64,000 nucleotides of DNA, taken from Mantamonas sphyraenae STR306. Its lineage: Eukaryota > Protista > CRuMs. The stretch is from NCBI GenBank assembly GCA_026936335.1, contig JAPMXV010000016.1, forward strand, positions 186,001 to 250,000, read 5' to 3'. This document shows positions 46,396-60,310 of this stretch, in pieces (positions within the stretch are counted from its first letter, which is position 1; each line of letters opens with the position of its first letter). Below the pieces are notes generated by a model. That model did no database searches and had not been told where the DNA came from. It saw only the letters and a list, made by a program, of their open reading frames with translations. The position numbers and the translations under genes were made by a program.

Positions 46396-49066
46396 ATGGA
46401 CCCTGGGTTGGAGTGGCTCGAGTCGCCCGACGTGGCGTGTGAGTCGATCACAAAGAAGCTGGAGATGGTGTGTGAATCCCCCGACGAATTCAAAGAGTTC
46501 TGTGAAGTGTTCCCCGACATGCTCAACCGCATGTTTACCATCGAAGACCAAAAGTGCGTTTTCGCGCGTCCCCCCGCCGTCCTGTTGTTGATCAGCCTGC
46601 CTCTGCACTGCCCCACCATCCTCGCGCACCCGTTTTGTATCCTTCCATGCCTTCCTACAACGATTTAAGGACCCATGCGACGATTCTATGGCGTGGCTGC
46701 GTCTGCATTGCCCCGGGATACCGTTGCCACGCCAATGCGATTCCACTCGCCCAGCTTCCATCGGGTTTCCTTGTCACAACCCGCACCCCTCCCACATTGC
46801 ATCACACGGTCATTGTGTGGCATGCACCGTGTGTTCCCGTCCCCAATGCCTTTCTCTGTTTGCTGACACGATGTGTGTGTGTGTGTGTGTATGTGTGTGT
46901 GCCGGGTCATCCTCAGAGCCTGGATCGAACAAGCGCGGACGCTCGTCGAGGTGCGCAAGCACCTGCTGCTGTTTACATCACCACACAGCATCCTCTTCAA
47001 GTGCATTTGCAAGTATGCCGATGACAAGGAACTCAACTTTTCCTTCCCCAGCGACAGGTTGCCAGGGCCCACCTCGTACAATCTCAACAACGGAAACTAC
47101 GACAGCCTCTCTGTCATCTACGAGCGCAAGATTAAGTTATGGAAGCAAGAAACGCAGTTTACCGTGGGTATGTTCCCCCCTTCCCCCCCCCTATTCCACC
47201 CCACAGAGGATCTCTGGTTGATCCACCCGCTCCTTGGCTCACACACCACACACGATTCCTTGTTTTCTTTTTGACACAACAGACATTTTCGAGCTGTATT
47301 TCTTCGAGTTTGCCTCGTTTGCAGTTGTGGAACGTCCTGTGCTGCACGAAGAAGAGCCCACGGGGACGGCAGGGGACATGTTTGCGGTACCGTCGGCGGT
47401 GCATGCGGTGGACGTGGAGGACAAGGTGTACCTGCGCATCTTTGTAGAGTACCTTCACTACTTGTTGCCCTGGGAGTCGCAGGCCCAGCTACCCTTGGAG
47501 GAGTGCTTCCCCACCAGTTTGGCCTTTCTCGGCCTGCAGGGCAACAGCTTCCTCATGCAACGCCTGCAGCCCGAACTCTCCCAAGCCAAGGATGCGCTCA
47601 ACCGTGAGACGTCGGTGGCAGACAACCAGCTGGCACGTCGTGGTCTGCCCGAACGATTTGTGCTCATTTTCGTGGAGTTCTGGCTGGGCCAGAACGCATA
47701 CTATCCGGCCGAGTTTGCGGCCAAGTTTGATCCCACCAACCCCAACGCAGGGATGGTGACGTCCAACACCAGCTTCCAGGCCCCTTCGCCGTTCTATGGT
47801 GCGGACAGGGACATGATTGCCGAGTTCCACTCGCCGTTGCCCATGATGCTGCGTGGCATCCGCATGCTCATCCAACACATTGTGGCGCGGCCGTTCGGGC
47901 AGGACGACCATGAGGAGTTGATGATGGACCACAGCGGCAACGAGCCGCATGTGTACGTGCAACACCTCAGTGTGCCGTTGTACCACTTTCTGCGCGTGCT
48001 GTTCCTTGCCGGCCAACGCCAAATGGACAATTGGGCACACATCCGCGACCTGTGGCTGGCGTACCTGCAACCGTGGAAGGCCACGAGTGACACACACATG
48101 TCGGATGGGATGCGCAAGCAATGGGTGCTGTCCAACTACCTCTTCTACGCCGTGTACTTTCTGGAATTTCTCTGTCTCCCGTTCGACCTGACCACGGTGG
48201 AACACTTTGACATGCTGCTCACCGTGGTCGAGGCCATCGATGACCCAACTCTGCTGGGCCAGCTGCGTTATGCCGACGAACTGCTGGTCATGGTCATGCA
48301 AAGCCGCAGCCAAGGACGCAACCTGCCTGCCATGGATGCCGAGAAGAAGGACGACGTGGAAACTCTGGTGCGACACGTCATGGCCGTGGAGTGTGTCGAC
48401 TTTCCCTACGTCTCCCTCTTCACCAGCGACGATGTGCTCAACCATCTGCGCAGGATCTGGTTCCCCATCCTGCTGCGCGCCGAAGAAGAGGAAGCCAAGG
48501 AGGCACGCAGCAAGGCAGAGAAGGAAGAAGCGGCGGCGGCGTCGTCCTCGTCCTCTTCCTCCTCGTCGTCCATGTACGGTCTGGACAAGCTGGGACTTGC
48601 AGAGAAGACGGAGCAGCTGAAGGCGATGGCCAGCGATTACGCCTCGCTGCTGATGGGCAAGAAGGAAAACACACGAGAGGAGGTGGATGCACGCCTAAGG
48701 ACCATTTCCACACACGTCAAGAACATCTTTGACCTGGGGCCGTCGTTCAAGGAATGGGCGGCCGAACAGCGCGAACATGGCAAGTCGAAACATAACCAAA
48801 CGCGCACACAGTCATGGGCCAATGCCCACCGACGCACCATTTCCATGCGTCACGATCCGCGGGACAAGCGTACGCTGCGGTTCAGCTCGGAGCGAGGAGC
48901 ACGCCCGATTGCCTCGTACGAAAACGCCCTCCTCGTGCGTGCCACACACAAACTCAAAAAGGCCACAGGTGTCAATGTGCGCATTGTGGCCAACTATCGT
49001 GTGTGGGTGCTCGTCTTTGTGCTCTGGCTTCTGATGCGGATTTTGTCGTGGCTTTTGTTTGCCTGA
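46396..49066 (+). CDS. SMPD4: Sphingomyelin phosphodiesterase 4-like (nSMase3), 2 introns
   Basis: FELYFFEFA, EFWLGQN, LYHFL, LWLAYLQPWK, WVLSNYLFY, RPIASYENALLVR, C-terminal TM. Confidence 0.85.
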
Positions 49067-49093
49067 ACTGAACCGGCACAGTGCAATACATGC

Positions 49094-51230
49094 TCACAGA
49101 AGTCCCACACTCTTCCTCCTGCCCTTGCGCTTCTTCTTGCTGCTGCTGCTTGTCTTTGGTGTGTATGTCTTGACAGCAAGCACGCCCTTGTCCGGCGTAC
49201 GCTGCGGATCAAACGCCTCGCGTTCGGGAATGAGGCTCTTCTTGAAAAACTTGCGCACCCGCACCTTGCCAAACTTGACCGACTTGGGCGTCTCCATGAC
49301 CTCTGTCGTCGTCGCCGACGGGCTGGTAGGGGTCCTTGGCGACGCTTGCGACGCTACAGTCGACGACGTCGCTGTTGACGACACCGACGTTGCGCTCTTG
49401 GGTGTTGCCGCCTCTGCCGCACGTCGTCGCTTCTTCTTCTGCGATCGCGGTGTGCGCACGCTGATCTCTTCGTCAAAGGCCTCAAACGAGCTGTCCAGGC
49501 TCTGATCCAATGCCTCTGCCTCTGCCTCTGCCTCTGCCTCTGCCTCTGCCTCTGCTTCCTCGTCCAGCTTGCGCTTCCTCTCTTGCTTCCTCAACTTCTT
49601 CTGTTCCTTCTTGCTGAGCTTCCTCACAACTTCTTCCTCCTCCCTCTCCTCTTCCATTGTCTGCCCCTGTTTCTTGCCCTTCTTGCCCTTCTTGCGGCTG
49701 GGAGTAACTTGTTGCTCCTCCTCCTCCTCCTCCTCCTCTTCCTCCTCTTCCTCTACAAACTGCTTGCTCTGTTTGCCATTCCTCTGCTTCTGCTTCTGCT
49801 TTTGCTTCTTCTGTTCTTTCTTGCTCAGCTTCCTCACAGGTTCCTCCTCCTCCTCCTCCTCCTCCTCCTCCTCTCTTCCTCTTCCTCTTCTTCGCCCATT
49901 TGCTCCTCCAGGGCCTCCATGCCACCGGCCATCTCAAAGAGCAGTGCCTCTGCGTGCTGCTTAAACACCTGTGCAGCCTCCCTGTACGCGGCATTGAAGC
50001 TGTGGATGAGTCTGCGCTGCCATTCGTGCTCGTGACCACTGGCCAGTTTCATGAGGTGCTTCTGCAGCTTGGGCGGAGTGATGGGGACGTGGTAGCCCAT
50101 GCGTTGGATGGCCTCCTCAATCGACACCCCATCCATGGTTTCGTCCTCGTTCTGTTGGGCTTGGAACAGCCAATCCTGTTCACGCACCTCCTCCAACTGA
50201 TCCTTGCCCAACACCTGCCACACCGCCTGCACAATGCGCCGCTGTACAATCTTGTCACGCTTGTGTGTGGCCACATGCACCACCGAATCCAACAGTTGCA
50301 ACGCTGTCTCTTCGCTCACTTCCTGGTGCTCCCCCACAAGCATCATGGCGGGCACAAACACGTCCAGCAGGTGCAAGATCACCTCCTTTGGCACGCTTTC
50401 GTGGCCCGACAGAGGTCCCGCACGCTTGCCATCCCTGCACACATGTGTGAGGATATCTGCCATTGCCTCCATGCGTGTCTCGTCCCACGCCTCTCCCTGA
50501 AACACCTCCTTGCGTGCGGGGTCGGCGATTTCGGCGGCTTCCCGATTGCTGCTCTTGTTCTTCAGCGGTCCGTGCGACCCACGCGCCACCCACAGCATCA
50601 GGTTTTCCACCATTTTGCGCAGCAATGAGTAGAACTTGTCCATTCTGACGGGTGTGCATGCCCAGCATGTGTTCAACCGGCGTCCAGCGGCGTGTGTCGT
50701 GTCAGCGCCTCCGCACATGCGCGCGCTCGAAATCCGGCCCTGCGCGCCTTCTCACACCGCACCCTTGCCATGCCAGGCGCAACACTCACCGCAGTCTGTC
50801 GATGGATCTCCATTGCCTGTGCATCAGATGGTAAAATGCCTTGAAGTACTTGATGGCCGTTTCCTCGGGCATAAGGTGCACCATCGAGCTGAGGCGGTCC
50901 GCTAGCTCCTGCTGCACGGGCACCTTGTCACTCATCCACATGGCTGCCGGGGAGGGGGGATGGTTGGATGAGGGCATGAGACAGCACATTGTATCAACAG
51001 AGAACGAGAGACATCGAAAGAGGGGGACACCAGGTGTAAGTGCTGAGCATGCGACTCGCCACTCGCCAGCACGTACCATAGTACAGGCCCTTCCACAGTT
51101 TCATCATGTCCAGGTCATCGATGTCCTTGCGCTTGGACAGCCATGTGCGCAGGGCCCGCAGCGTGTTGTAGCGCTGCTTGCGGTCGTTGGAAGCCAAGAG
51201 GCGCACAAACTCGGTGTCGCTATGACTCAT
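49094..51230 (-). CDS. RRP1: Ribosomal RNA processing protein RRP1/NOP52; 2 introns, frame break ~49873
   Basis: LASND, KLWKGLYYAMWMSDKVPVQQELA, WRSIDRLRMDKFYSLLR; C-terminal AFDPQRTPDKGVL. Confidence 0.92.
49512..49554. repeat. (GCCTCT)n hexamer repeat encoding (EA)n in RRP1
   Basis: Visible tandem repeat. Confidence 0.9.
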
Positions 51231-51294
51231 CCGCTGTGGGGGCGCAGGCGCATGCACAGAATCCACACACACACACACGCACACACGCAACAAC

Positions 51295-52672
51295 ATGCCC
51301 AGCCTCAAGGAGATCGAAGAGGACGTGGAAAGCGTGCAGGAGACCCAACAGACCATTGAAAACGTGTACAAGGAGTACATGAAGGCACAGCGTGCGGCGG
51401 AAGCCTCGGGCGACAAGCTGGCCGCCCTGCTCAAGGACCAAAAGAAGGAATTGGCCCATTTGAAGCGGGTGGCTCGCACCGCCCACAAGTGTGGCGACAT
51501 TGATGAGCCCAAGAACGACGAGATTGAGGTGATGTGTGACAAGTTTGGCCACCAGCTGGCCGAACACAAGAAGAGTCTGCCAGCAGACTCCAATCCCATC
51601 CCCGTACGCATGATTCTGGGCAGTATGAATGTGAACCTTGTGTCGCACAAGAGCAGACAAGCCTTTAAGCGCGAATACGAGGAATTCAAGCTTCGCTGGA
51701 CCATTGTGGCCCTGGTCATCAACCTCATCTCCCTCCTCTGGCCCAACCGATGGCTCCTCGAGTGCTTCCACCTCCTCCTCATGTACTTTTACTCCACGTT
51801 GACCCTGCGCGAGAGTATTCTCGTTGTACGTTGCTCCCCTTGTGGCTGTGTGCACGCCTGTCTCTCTCTCCCCCCCGCACACCATTCGCACACCCAATTT
51901 TGCACACGCCCCGCCCGCTTGCTCACACCTGCACACAACCCGCAACCGTACACACGCAGACCAACGGCTCCAACATCAAGGGTTGGTGGATTGTGCACCA
52001 CTATCTCTCCATTCTGGTCACGGTGACGCTTCTGACGTGGCCGTCCACCGAGTCCTACCAGCAGTTCCTTGTTCCGTTCCTCTCCTATGCCATGTACACC
52101 TGTATGTGTGCCGCCTCTTACCACCCGCCCTGTCCCCATTGTGTGTAGCATCCATTCTCACCCACCCGTTCACATCTGCCCCCACACGCAGCCATGGTCC
52201 AGATCATGCAGTACCGCTACCAGACGGCGCGGTTGTATCAACTCCGTGCGCTGGAGAAAGCCAAGAGCATGGATGTGGCCAACGCAGAGACAGGCCAGTT
52301 TCATTGGAGCAGGGTAGGTGATGGCCAGGGAGAGAGCTCTGTGGCTCTTGTGTGTGTGTGTGTGTGTGTGTATTCTGTGATTGATGATGGGGGTGTTTGG
52401 TTCCTTGCTATTGACATCCATGTGTATATCCACAGTCCATGGCCTTCCTTCTGCCCTTTGTGTTTCTGGGCCAATTCATCCAACTGTACCTTTCGTACTT
52501 TCTGGCCACGCTGGCATGGACCTCGGACTCTGAGATCCAGGTGCCCATCCTTTCCTTTTTCTTCCTTGTCCTCGGCCTGGGCAACCTCATCACCACCATC
52601 CTTGTGCTGTTCCACAAGTGGCGCAAGTCCCGTCGCCTCGCCCGTCTGGAAAAGGTCTCCAAGTCCTCGTGA
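51295..52672 (+). CDS. TMEM120: TMEM120 (TMPIT/TACAN) family membrane protein, 3 introns
   Basis: MILGSMNV, FKREYEEFK, YSTLTLRESIL..NGSNIKGWWIVHHYLS, QYRYQ..LYQLRAL, GN..TT. Confidence 0.95.
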
Positions 52673-52678
52673 GGGCCT

Positions 52679-53482
52679 TCACATCTCCCATTCGGGCGTG
52701 CCAAACTTTTCGCTCAGGATTTCATCAAAGATGTGAAACCCCTGTGTTCGAGAATGAACAGCAATGTGATTTTGGTTTTTTTTTTTTCGCGCAGGTGTTG
52801 CATGTGAGTCGGTAGGGGAGGAGTGGATGGGGAACGGGAGGATAGCTCACCTTGGTGGCACCCTTGCGGGCGACGGCGTCGAGGACAGTTTCCAGTGCGC
52901 CGTTGAGAACGCCTGCCCCTCGGACCCGGATGGTGCCAGACTGCACCATTTGTGTCTTGCTCTCATCCGCCGTGTCGGGCGTGTACACGGTGGTTTCGAT
53001 GGCACGCACATACTTGCCAAACGTGCGCAGCCGCGTCGTCTGGGTAAACACGCGGCCCTTGCGGTCAAGTAGCGAGATTTCATCAAAGATGATGTGTTGG
53101 TCGCTGAACATCTGTGTGTGTGGATGCGCACCACGGCCGTTTCGAGCACCGTTGGCGTGTCTACGTGTCAGCAACACGGCAAAGGAAGCGGAAGGAATCG
53201 CGTATGTTCCCGGTGGTGCCGCACAAGCACGCCGTGTGGTCCGCAGGGTGTGTGTGTGTGTGTGTGTGTGTTACATACGGAGCGGGCAAACTTGGGGGCA
53301 GGGTTGATTGTAATGGCCACGCGTTTGGTGAATTGCAGGTTGCCGTCCTCGCTTTCGCCACGCTGGACAAGGTTGACCGCAACCACACGTGGCTCCAGCC
53401 TGTGCGGGTACTTGCTCCACACACCCTCAACCACCTGCTCAAAGGGGAAGCCGTAGGTGTGATTCAGGTCGATGAGCTTCAT
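52679..53482 (-). CDS. PRELI/Ups (slowmo) family lipid transfer protein, 2 introns; last exon 52741-52679
   Basis: HTYGFPFEQV..W.KYP..V, E.S..D, E.TVYTP, KG..KGF. Confidence 0.8.
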
Positions 53483-53564
53483 GTCCACACACACACACAG
53501 GGGTTGGGATGATGCAGTACGCGCACACGCGAGCAAACCAACCTTTCTGCACTCATTCGTGGTC

Positions 53565-54699
53565 ATGGGACTCCTCAGTGATCTAAGCGGGGTCCAAATG
53601 GGCGTTTGGACGGAAACAATGTCCTGGTTGCTTCTTCTGAGCCTGGTGCTCACTCTGGTCAAGCTGTACGTGGACGGCCCGAACTATTCGCCGCGGGACC
53701 TGCGTGGAAAGACAGCCGTGGTGACCGGAAGCAATACGGGCATTGGTAAAGTCACAGCACAGGAGCTGGCTCGATGTGGAGCCCAGGTGGTGCTTGCATG
53801 TCGAACGCCAGCGAAAATGGAGCGCGCACGCAAGGAGATCCTCGCGTTCATCGAAACGCACGGCATGCACTTTGGTGAAACGCCCGTGGTGGATACTCTG
53901 AGGCTGGATTTGAATGATTTGGACAGTGTGCGTGCGGCTGCGGCGTCTCTGTTGCAACGAGACGCGCCTGTGGATCTGCTTGTCAACAACGCAGGGCTGA
54001 TGACAAGCACCCCAGATGTCATCCTGCGTAGCAACCACCTTGGCCCGTTCCTTCTCACACAGCTGCTTCTGGACAGCATGCGGCAGCAGAAGGGGGCGCG
54101 TGTGGTCAACGTGAGCTCTGTTTTGCAAAAGGTGGCGGGCAACCTCTCGCCCACGCTGGACGACATGTGGATGCAATCCGAGGCCAGCAACACCAGTGCA
54201 GCAGTGGCCATGTACAGCCGCAGCAAACTCGTGCAGCTGATGTGCACTCGCGAGATGCAACGACGCCTGAACGAGGATCCCGAGAACACGCTGACCACTG
54301 TGGCCCTGCACCCGGGAGTGAGTTGCCACCACCACGTCCACACGACACCTCATCAAGTCAACAACGCATGCATGGACAGGAACACGTTGACAGTAGAGTC
54401 GCATCCACTCACACACGCATACACACACACACACGCAGAACATCAACTCGTCGTTCCTGGACCAATTCCACGTGGTGCTGACGGTGCTGGGTCGCACTGT
54501 GGCGTATCCGTTCCTAAAGAGTGAGTGGGCGGGCGCACAGACCACGTTGCATGCGTGCACACACGAGAGCATCGAGGGCAGCGGAGGCACGTACTACGAT
54601 CGGCTGGCACCCTCGACACAACTCCATGCACAAGTGCACGATGCACACCTGTGTGCAAGCGTGTACGAATGGTCACTGAAGGAGGTGGGATTGGCATGA
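53565..54699 (+). CDS. Short-chain dehydrogenase/reductase, RDH-like; paralog of 23336-24373; intron ~54318-54438
   Basis: TGSNTGIG, VNNAG, NHLGPFLLT, NVSS, YSRSK, LHPG, GAQTTL. Confidence 0.92.
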
Positions 54700-54754
54700 C
54701 AGAGTGTTGGGCACATCGGCTGCGCTGCTCAACCGCATCCAACACACATCCACG

Positions 54755-55983
54755 ATGGCCAAGTTGGAAGTCAGCCAGGAGACATACACAAAGCTGGGAG
54801 ACATCCTGGCCAATGAAGACGAGCCCATTGCCAAGCGCATGCGCACTGTGTTTACTCTGCGCAACATCGAAGGCGCCGACGCCATTGCTGCTCTTGCCAA
54901 GGGTAGGTTTTTGAAGCACACTCGCCCAGCGCATGCCTTGCGTCGCCGCCCCCGCCGGGGGGCCCCTTGCACGCCAAAACGCAAGTCACACCCGCCCATG
55001 TTCTGCCATCCAGACCTGCTTACAACGTGCTTTCTTCGTTCGCCGCCATCCCACAGGGCTCACCAGCGACTCGGTGCTGCTGAAGCACGAAATTGGTATG
55101 CGAATCCACGAATCGGCTCGATTATCCGTGTGCGGGACTCCGACGGCGGCCGCAGGAGCTGACACGGCCAGCACGGCGCACCACACACACAATGCACGCG
55201 TTGCACCCGCCCACAGCGTACGTGTTTGGACAGATGCAGGATCCAGAGGCGATCCCAGTGCTGAACAAGTTGCTGTGCAACCTGGAGGAGGATCCGATTG
55301 TGCGGCACGAGGCAGCCGAGGCCTTGGGGGCCATTGAGCAGGAGGAGTCGCTGGAAGTGTTGGAGCAATTCGTGGAGGATGAGCACGTGGAGGTTGTGGA
55401 GACATGTCGCATTGCCATCGATCGTATCAAGCACGCGGTGGCCAACGGGGGCATCCGCGGCGAGGACATTGGCGACAAGTACGCCAGCATCGACCCGGCG
55501 CCGCCTCTGGAGAATGCCATGGAGGTGGACACAGCCACACTGCGCACACAGTTGTTGGACACGTCGTTGTCCCTGTACGAACGCTACAGGGCGCTGTTTT
55601 CCCTGCGCAAGCGTGCCGACAGGGAGAGCGTGCTGGCCCTGGTCGACGGCCTGGACGACACCACCTCGGCCCTGTTTCGCCACGAAATTGCGTATGTGTT
55701 GGGTCAGATGCAGCATGAGGCAGCCACCGAGGGCCTGCTGAAACGATTGGTGGACGAGAACGAACACGCCATGGTGCGTCACGAGGCTGCCGAGGCACTG
55801 GGGGCCATTGGCACCGCCTCGGATGAACTCAAGGCCTACCTTGCCGACAAGGACGTCATTGTCAAGCAGAGCTGCGAGGTGGCACTGGACATGACAGACT
55901 ATTTCCAGGGCGACCAGCTGCAGTATGCTGACGGTTTGGTGCAGGCTGCACAGGAGCAGGAACAAGCACAGGTGGAGGCATAG
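54755..55983 (+). CDS. DOHH: Deoxyhypusine hydroxylase; exons 54755-54902, 55057-55095, 55217-55983
   Basis: Four HE motifs (LLKHEIAY, VRHEAAEALG, LFRHEIAY, MVRHEAAEALG); SIDPAPP; SCEVALD. Confidence 0.96.
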
Positions 55984-56022
55984 TTGTTCGTGATTGAAGG
56001 GTGTGCGGAGTGGGTGTGCGGT

Positions 56023-58262
56023 TCATTGGGCGTCAAAAAAGTTTTCAAGCATCGATTGCAGGGTGCTCACGTCAAACTTGAGGTACTTTCCCTTGTTCTT
56101 GGCAAAGTCGATGCCTTCGGTGCGTGCCACAAAGTCGCTGTACAGTGGCATGACCAATTCGATGATGTCTCGTTGGAGGAGGGTGCGCAGTTCTTCGTCG
56201 GGCACGGTGTACTGCTTCTGCGTGCGGTAGTTCTCCTCCACGGCGGCGTTAAAGTCTGTCAACTGCTGCTTGATGAGCTTGTGCTGGTTCTTGGAAGAGG
56301 AAGATGAGGAGCCCTGGTTGACAGACAACAAATGGGCCACGCAGGACATCCAAGCGTTGTCCAGATAGGCCTGCACAAGCTTGCCGATGCGACTCTCGTA
56401 CCGGCCCACCAGCTCCGGAGATACCATTTCGTTGAGGCCCGAGTTGCGCACGTTCTTGAGCACGTAGAACTGGTTGTTGAGCTCAAACAGGCTTGCGGCC
56501 ACCTTGCTCTTGTATGCGGCCGCCTTTTGCACCAGATTGCTCTCCAGTGCCATGAGGATGTCTGTGATGAAGGCTTCCAACGAGGTGCGTGGCACGACCT
56601 GCGACATGATCTCGTCGTCCATGGCGTCGACAAACATCATGGCATACTCTTCGGCTGACGGCGGCAACAGGCTGCTGACAGTCTCCTCGTGCTCCAGCAG
56701 CCGCTTCAGGTAGTTGACGGTGTTGGAAGTGAGCTGGTTCACAGTGCCATCTTTGCTGACCACCTTGCTGCTGTGATTGGCCACGTCGATGGTGGCCTCC
56801 TTCAAACTCTGGCGGCAGGCATTCTTCAAGTCGCCGTGGAACTGCAGCAGCGCACTCAGCAGGTTGCTTTCGGGAAGGGCGTTGCGAAACCGGTCCAACT
56901 GTGTGGAATATGTGTCCAGCAGGTCGATCATAATAAACACGCCAAACACAGCGTTGACGTTGAGGATGTTCTGCACCAGCGATCGTCCGGTGTTGAGAAA
57001 CAGATCGCAACTGTGTTCCAGAATGTCAAGCAGTCCCTGTCGTGAGTGCTCCTCGTCCAGCAAGATGTCACACAACTTGCTTTCCTTCTCAATCAGCGTG
57101 GCCATCACCTGCGTAAACTCGATGAAACGGTGGCTGCCGCGTGTGTACACCAACCGAGACGTGTTCTGGTCCGACACAATCTGGCTCGGCTGCATGCGTG
57201 TCAATGTGTCCAGCAGGAACGACGAGCGCAGGTGGATCACCTTGTCCAGATAGCCAAACTCGCGGTTTTCTGCCAGGATGGAGATGATCGACACCAGCTC
57301 CTTCAGTGTCTTTTTCGGCACAAATTCCACTGTGTCGTCGTTGAGAAGCTTGCTTGGATCCATGGGCGTGCTGAGTTTCGACAGCTGCGAGCTGATGTAC
57401 GACTCGGACTCGGAAATGGCAAGGTGCATCAGTTGGTCCTGGATTTCGTCACGAATTACGGTGCATGTGGTGTGTCAGTGCGTGGATACAAAGGGAGGGT
57501 TGCAGAAGGAGGAGGCTCGGCGGTGGATGGTCCACGTACAACCTGTTCCATCTTGCTTTCGGCGCTGCGAAAGTGAAGGTGGTTGGCAAGGAACTCCTTG
57601 GCTCGCAGAACGTGCTCCATCGACTCGAGAAAGGCCAGAAGACCTCCGCGGATGCTGTGGATGTGGGGTGGGTGGTGATTGGGTGGCGTGTGTGGGCACG
57701 AGACGGACAGACAAGTGTGCATGTGCATACGCGCGTGAGCAACCGGAGGGAAAACGGCGCCCACCAAGCGCAGGCAAGGCTCCAAACACACACAGAGTCA
57801 CAGAGTCACACACACAACATACCCTTGACGAATGGTTGCTTCTTCCTCGTCATAGACATGAAACATGTCCAGCACCTCCTGCATGTTGACGATGGTCTGG
57901 TCGATGTTCCCGTAGGCACGAGTGAGCTTCTGTGTCTTGTCCTGGATGGGCAACATCTCCTCCTCCAGCTGGCCCAAACGGGTTTGGAACGAGTCCAGGA
58001 TGCCCAGCATGGTGCGTGTGAGCTGTTCGCTGCGTGCCATGGTGTCCTGGATGAAAAACAGCCTGGCCTCGTCCTGTGCGAGCTGCTCCCTCTCCTCGGC
58101 GCTGTTCTGAGTCGTGCGGCCTGTGCTGCCCCCCTGTTCAAAGTCTGCTGCATCCAACCCGTGATGCAACACTTCCTGGTGCATGGCCGTCACCGAAGGC
58201 AAAGCGCTCGGTTTGGACGACGACGTCTCACTTCGGTGGATGGACGTGCGATGGCGTTGCAT
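56023..58262 (-). CDS. EXOC7: Exocyst subunit EXO70, 2 introns (start 58262 or 58184)
   Basis: ILDSFQTRL..LEE.MLPI, DGTVNQLT, LFELNN..YV, QKQYTVPDEELR, KYLKF. Confidence 0.93.
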
Positions 58263-58342
58263 TCCCTGTCCCTTTTCAACACCTGCTTCTCCCCGCGCGG
58301 CCTCCGCTTCTTACTGAGATTCCCCGCTCTCCACTCACTCAC

Positions 58343-60310
58343 TCACCTCTTGCGCACGAGTTGCACGACGCCGTACTGCTTCTTGCGCAAGATGTGTTGG
58401 TCGACTTGTTGCCAAAAGTCAAACACGAGCTGCTTGTCGAGGTGACGGTGGCTGCGGGACAGCTCCATGTGGCGGACGCTCCACGAGGCGACAGTGGCAG
58501 GCACGTTCTCTTCCTGCGAGAAGAACACGTAATAGCCGACGGTTTTGGAGAACACGTCGACGGGCTTGCGGTACTCGCGGTCCTTCCACGTCTTGAACTG
58601 GTATGCCTTGCCGTTGGAAAACACAGCTGCAATCTGCTCGTACTTCTTGATGCCGTGCACGCCGTCCACAAACCGGAACTCCACCTTGGGCATCTTGATG
58701 TCCTCGTTCACATGCCGTGTCACAGACACATACCGAGGTTTCTCCTGCATCTTGTCCTTTGCCTCCTTCCAGTCCACATAGCACCCGTCCTGGAAGAAAC
58801 TCTTTGCGTTCCAGATCTGCAGCAGACCGCCCACCTGGGGCAACACCACGTACACCACAGGCACCTTGTCCTGTTGCAGCGGCGTATTCGAACTCCTTGC
58901 TGTCGCCCTGTTTACACGCGACGGCGTCGTGGTGGTCGACGAAGATGATGATGATGATGAAGATGAAGATGATGATGATGACGCTGTGTTGTCCTCTTCC
59001 ACCACGGGGTCAAACTCGGTTGAGCTGAGGTCAGGCACCTTCTTCTTGTGCTTCTCCCGCTGCTCCGCCTTTTTGATCTGTTCCACCAAGTCGACCAGGT
59101 TGATAAAGTTCTGGAGAAAGGTACGTGTGATTGGGGCGAGGGGTTAGAACGTCCATACGATGGTCGGTACACGCGCAAGGTATGTGCTAAGGATTTGGTC
59201 GCAGTCTGCCCCACACCCACCCCACTGCCCTCATGCGCGCACTCACCTTTGTATCATTGATGAGGATGCTTGTGCGATCCTTGTGAATGCGTTCGTTGGC
59301 TTTGATGACGTCGACGCGTGCTTGAAGCAGCATCTCTTCGTTGAGCGGAGGCGTGCGCGGGCCCCATTCTTCCCGCAGGCCTCCGTCGGCCGCATCGACT
59401 TGCATGCTCGCCTGTGCCGTGGCAGACGCCACCTCTGTGTCCATATCGTCGTCACTGTTGTGTTGTACGATGTCAGTGTGTCTGTGGCGGCAGCAAGGCG
59501 GGCCAGAGGACATGCGCCGCGCCAAAAGTGGGTGTTGACGCGCTCCAGCACCTACCCGTGGGACACCTTTTGCTTCTTGGTGTCATGTGTCACTGTATCT
59601 CTGCCACTGCTGTCCACGTCCATGGCGCTGGCTGCGGCGGCGGACGAGGCTGCACCTGCGCTTGCGCTGTTGCTGGAGCTGCTTGCGTCGCGTGTCTCGG
59701 CGTCGCGCTTTCCACGGCTCGTGGTTGTCTCCCTCTCCTCCTCGCCAGTCTCGTCCTCATCTGTGTGGAACGTGTGAGTGCAGGTGTGTGAGACGAATGT
59801 GTGCGTGTGTGTGTGAGGCCATGTGCAAGGGGATTGTTCGTGACTGGGGCGTGCCTAGAGGGTGTCCAGAGGTGCGTCGCATGGAGGGCTTTCGTGATCG
59901 CTCACCCCGCACCCGGAAGGCCAAGGCCCATGGTCGGTGCATGCAGACAGGCAACCAGCGGTACGGAAGCAGCACCTACCAACAATGAATTCAGAGGTGT
60001 CTGAGGCACCGGAGACGTATTTGACGAGGTCGACCTTGTCGATGAGAGACACCGTCTTGATGCCCTCATTGCGACAAAGGGTCATGTACTGGGCAGTGTT
60101 CATGGCGTGGTGCTTGTGGCCAAACCACACCTGGACGATGGTGTAAAAGTCACCCGCACCCTTGCGGCTCTTGTACCGAGTCTTTGTGTCTGCATCAAAC
60201 CTCACCGGCTGCTTGGGGTCGTCAAACACGAGCTGGTCGCCCTCCAGTCGGATGTCATCCTCTCGCTTCTCCTGCACGTAGCGACGCAGAAGCTGAAGTG
60301 GGTCAACCAT
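58343..60310 (-). CDS. CDC73: PAF1 complex subunit CDC73/parafibromin, 3 introns
   Basis: MVDPLQLLR; NAKSFFQDG.YV; AAVFSNGKAYQFKTW; W.V..RHLD..FW. Confidence 0.9.

Noticed and set aside
52776-52787. Poly-T/poly-A run as retroelement tail or Pol III terminator
   Set aside because: It lies inside a PRELI intron, with no target-site duplication or recognisable RNA gene nearby.
23336-54699. Two RDH-like SDR genes as a recent segmental duplication
   Set aside because: The proteins are clearly diverged, intron content differs and flanking genes are unrelated; these are ordinary paralogs.
58262-58346. Splice fusion of CDC73 to EXO70 via GTGAGT at the CDC73 stop
   Set aside because: The donor is phase 2 and the nearest plausible acceptor does not join the EXO70 frame; CDC73 already ends at a plausible position.
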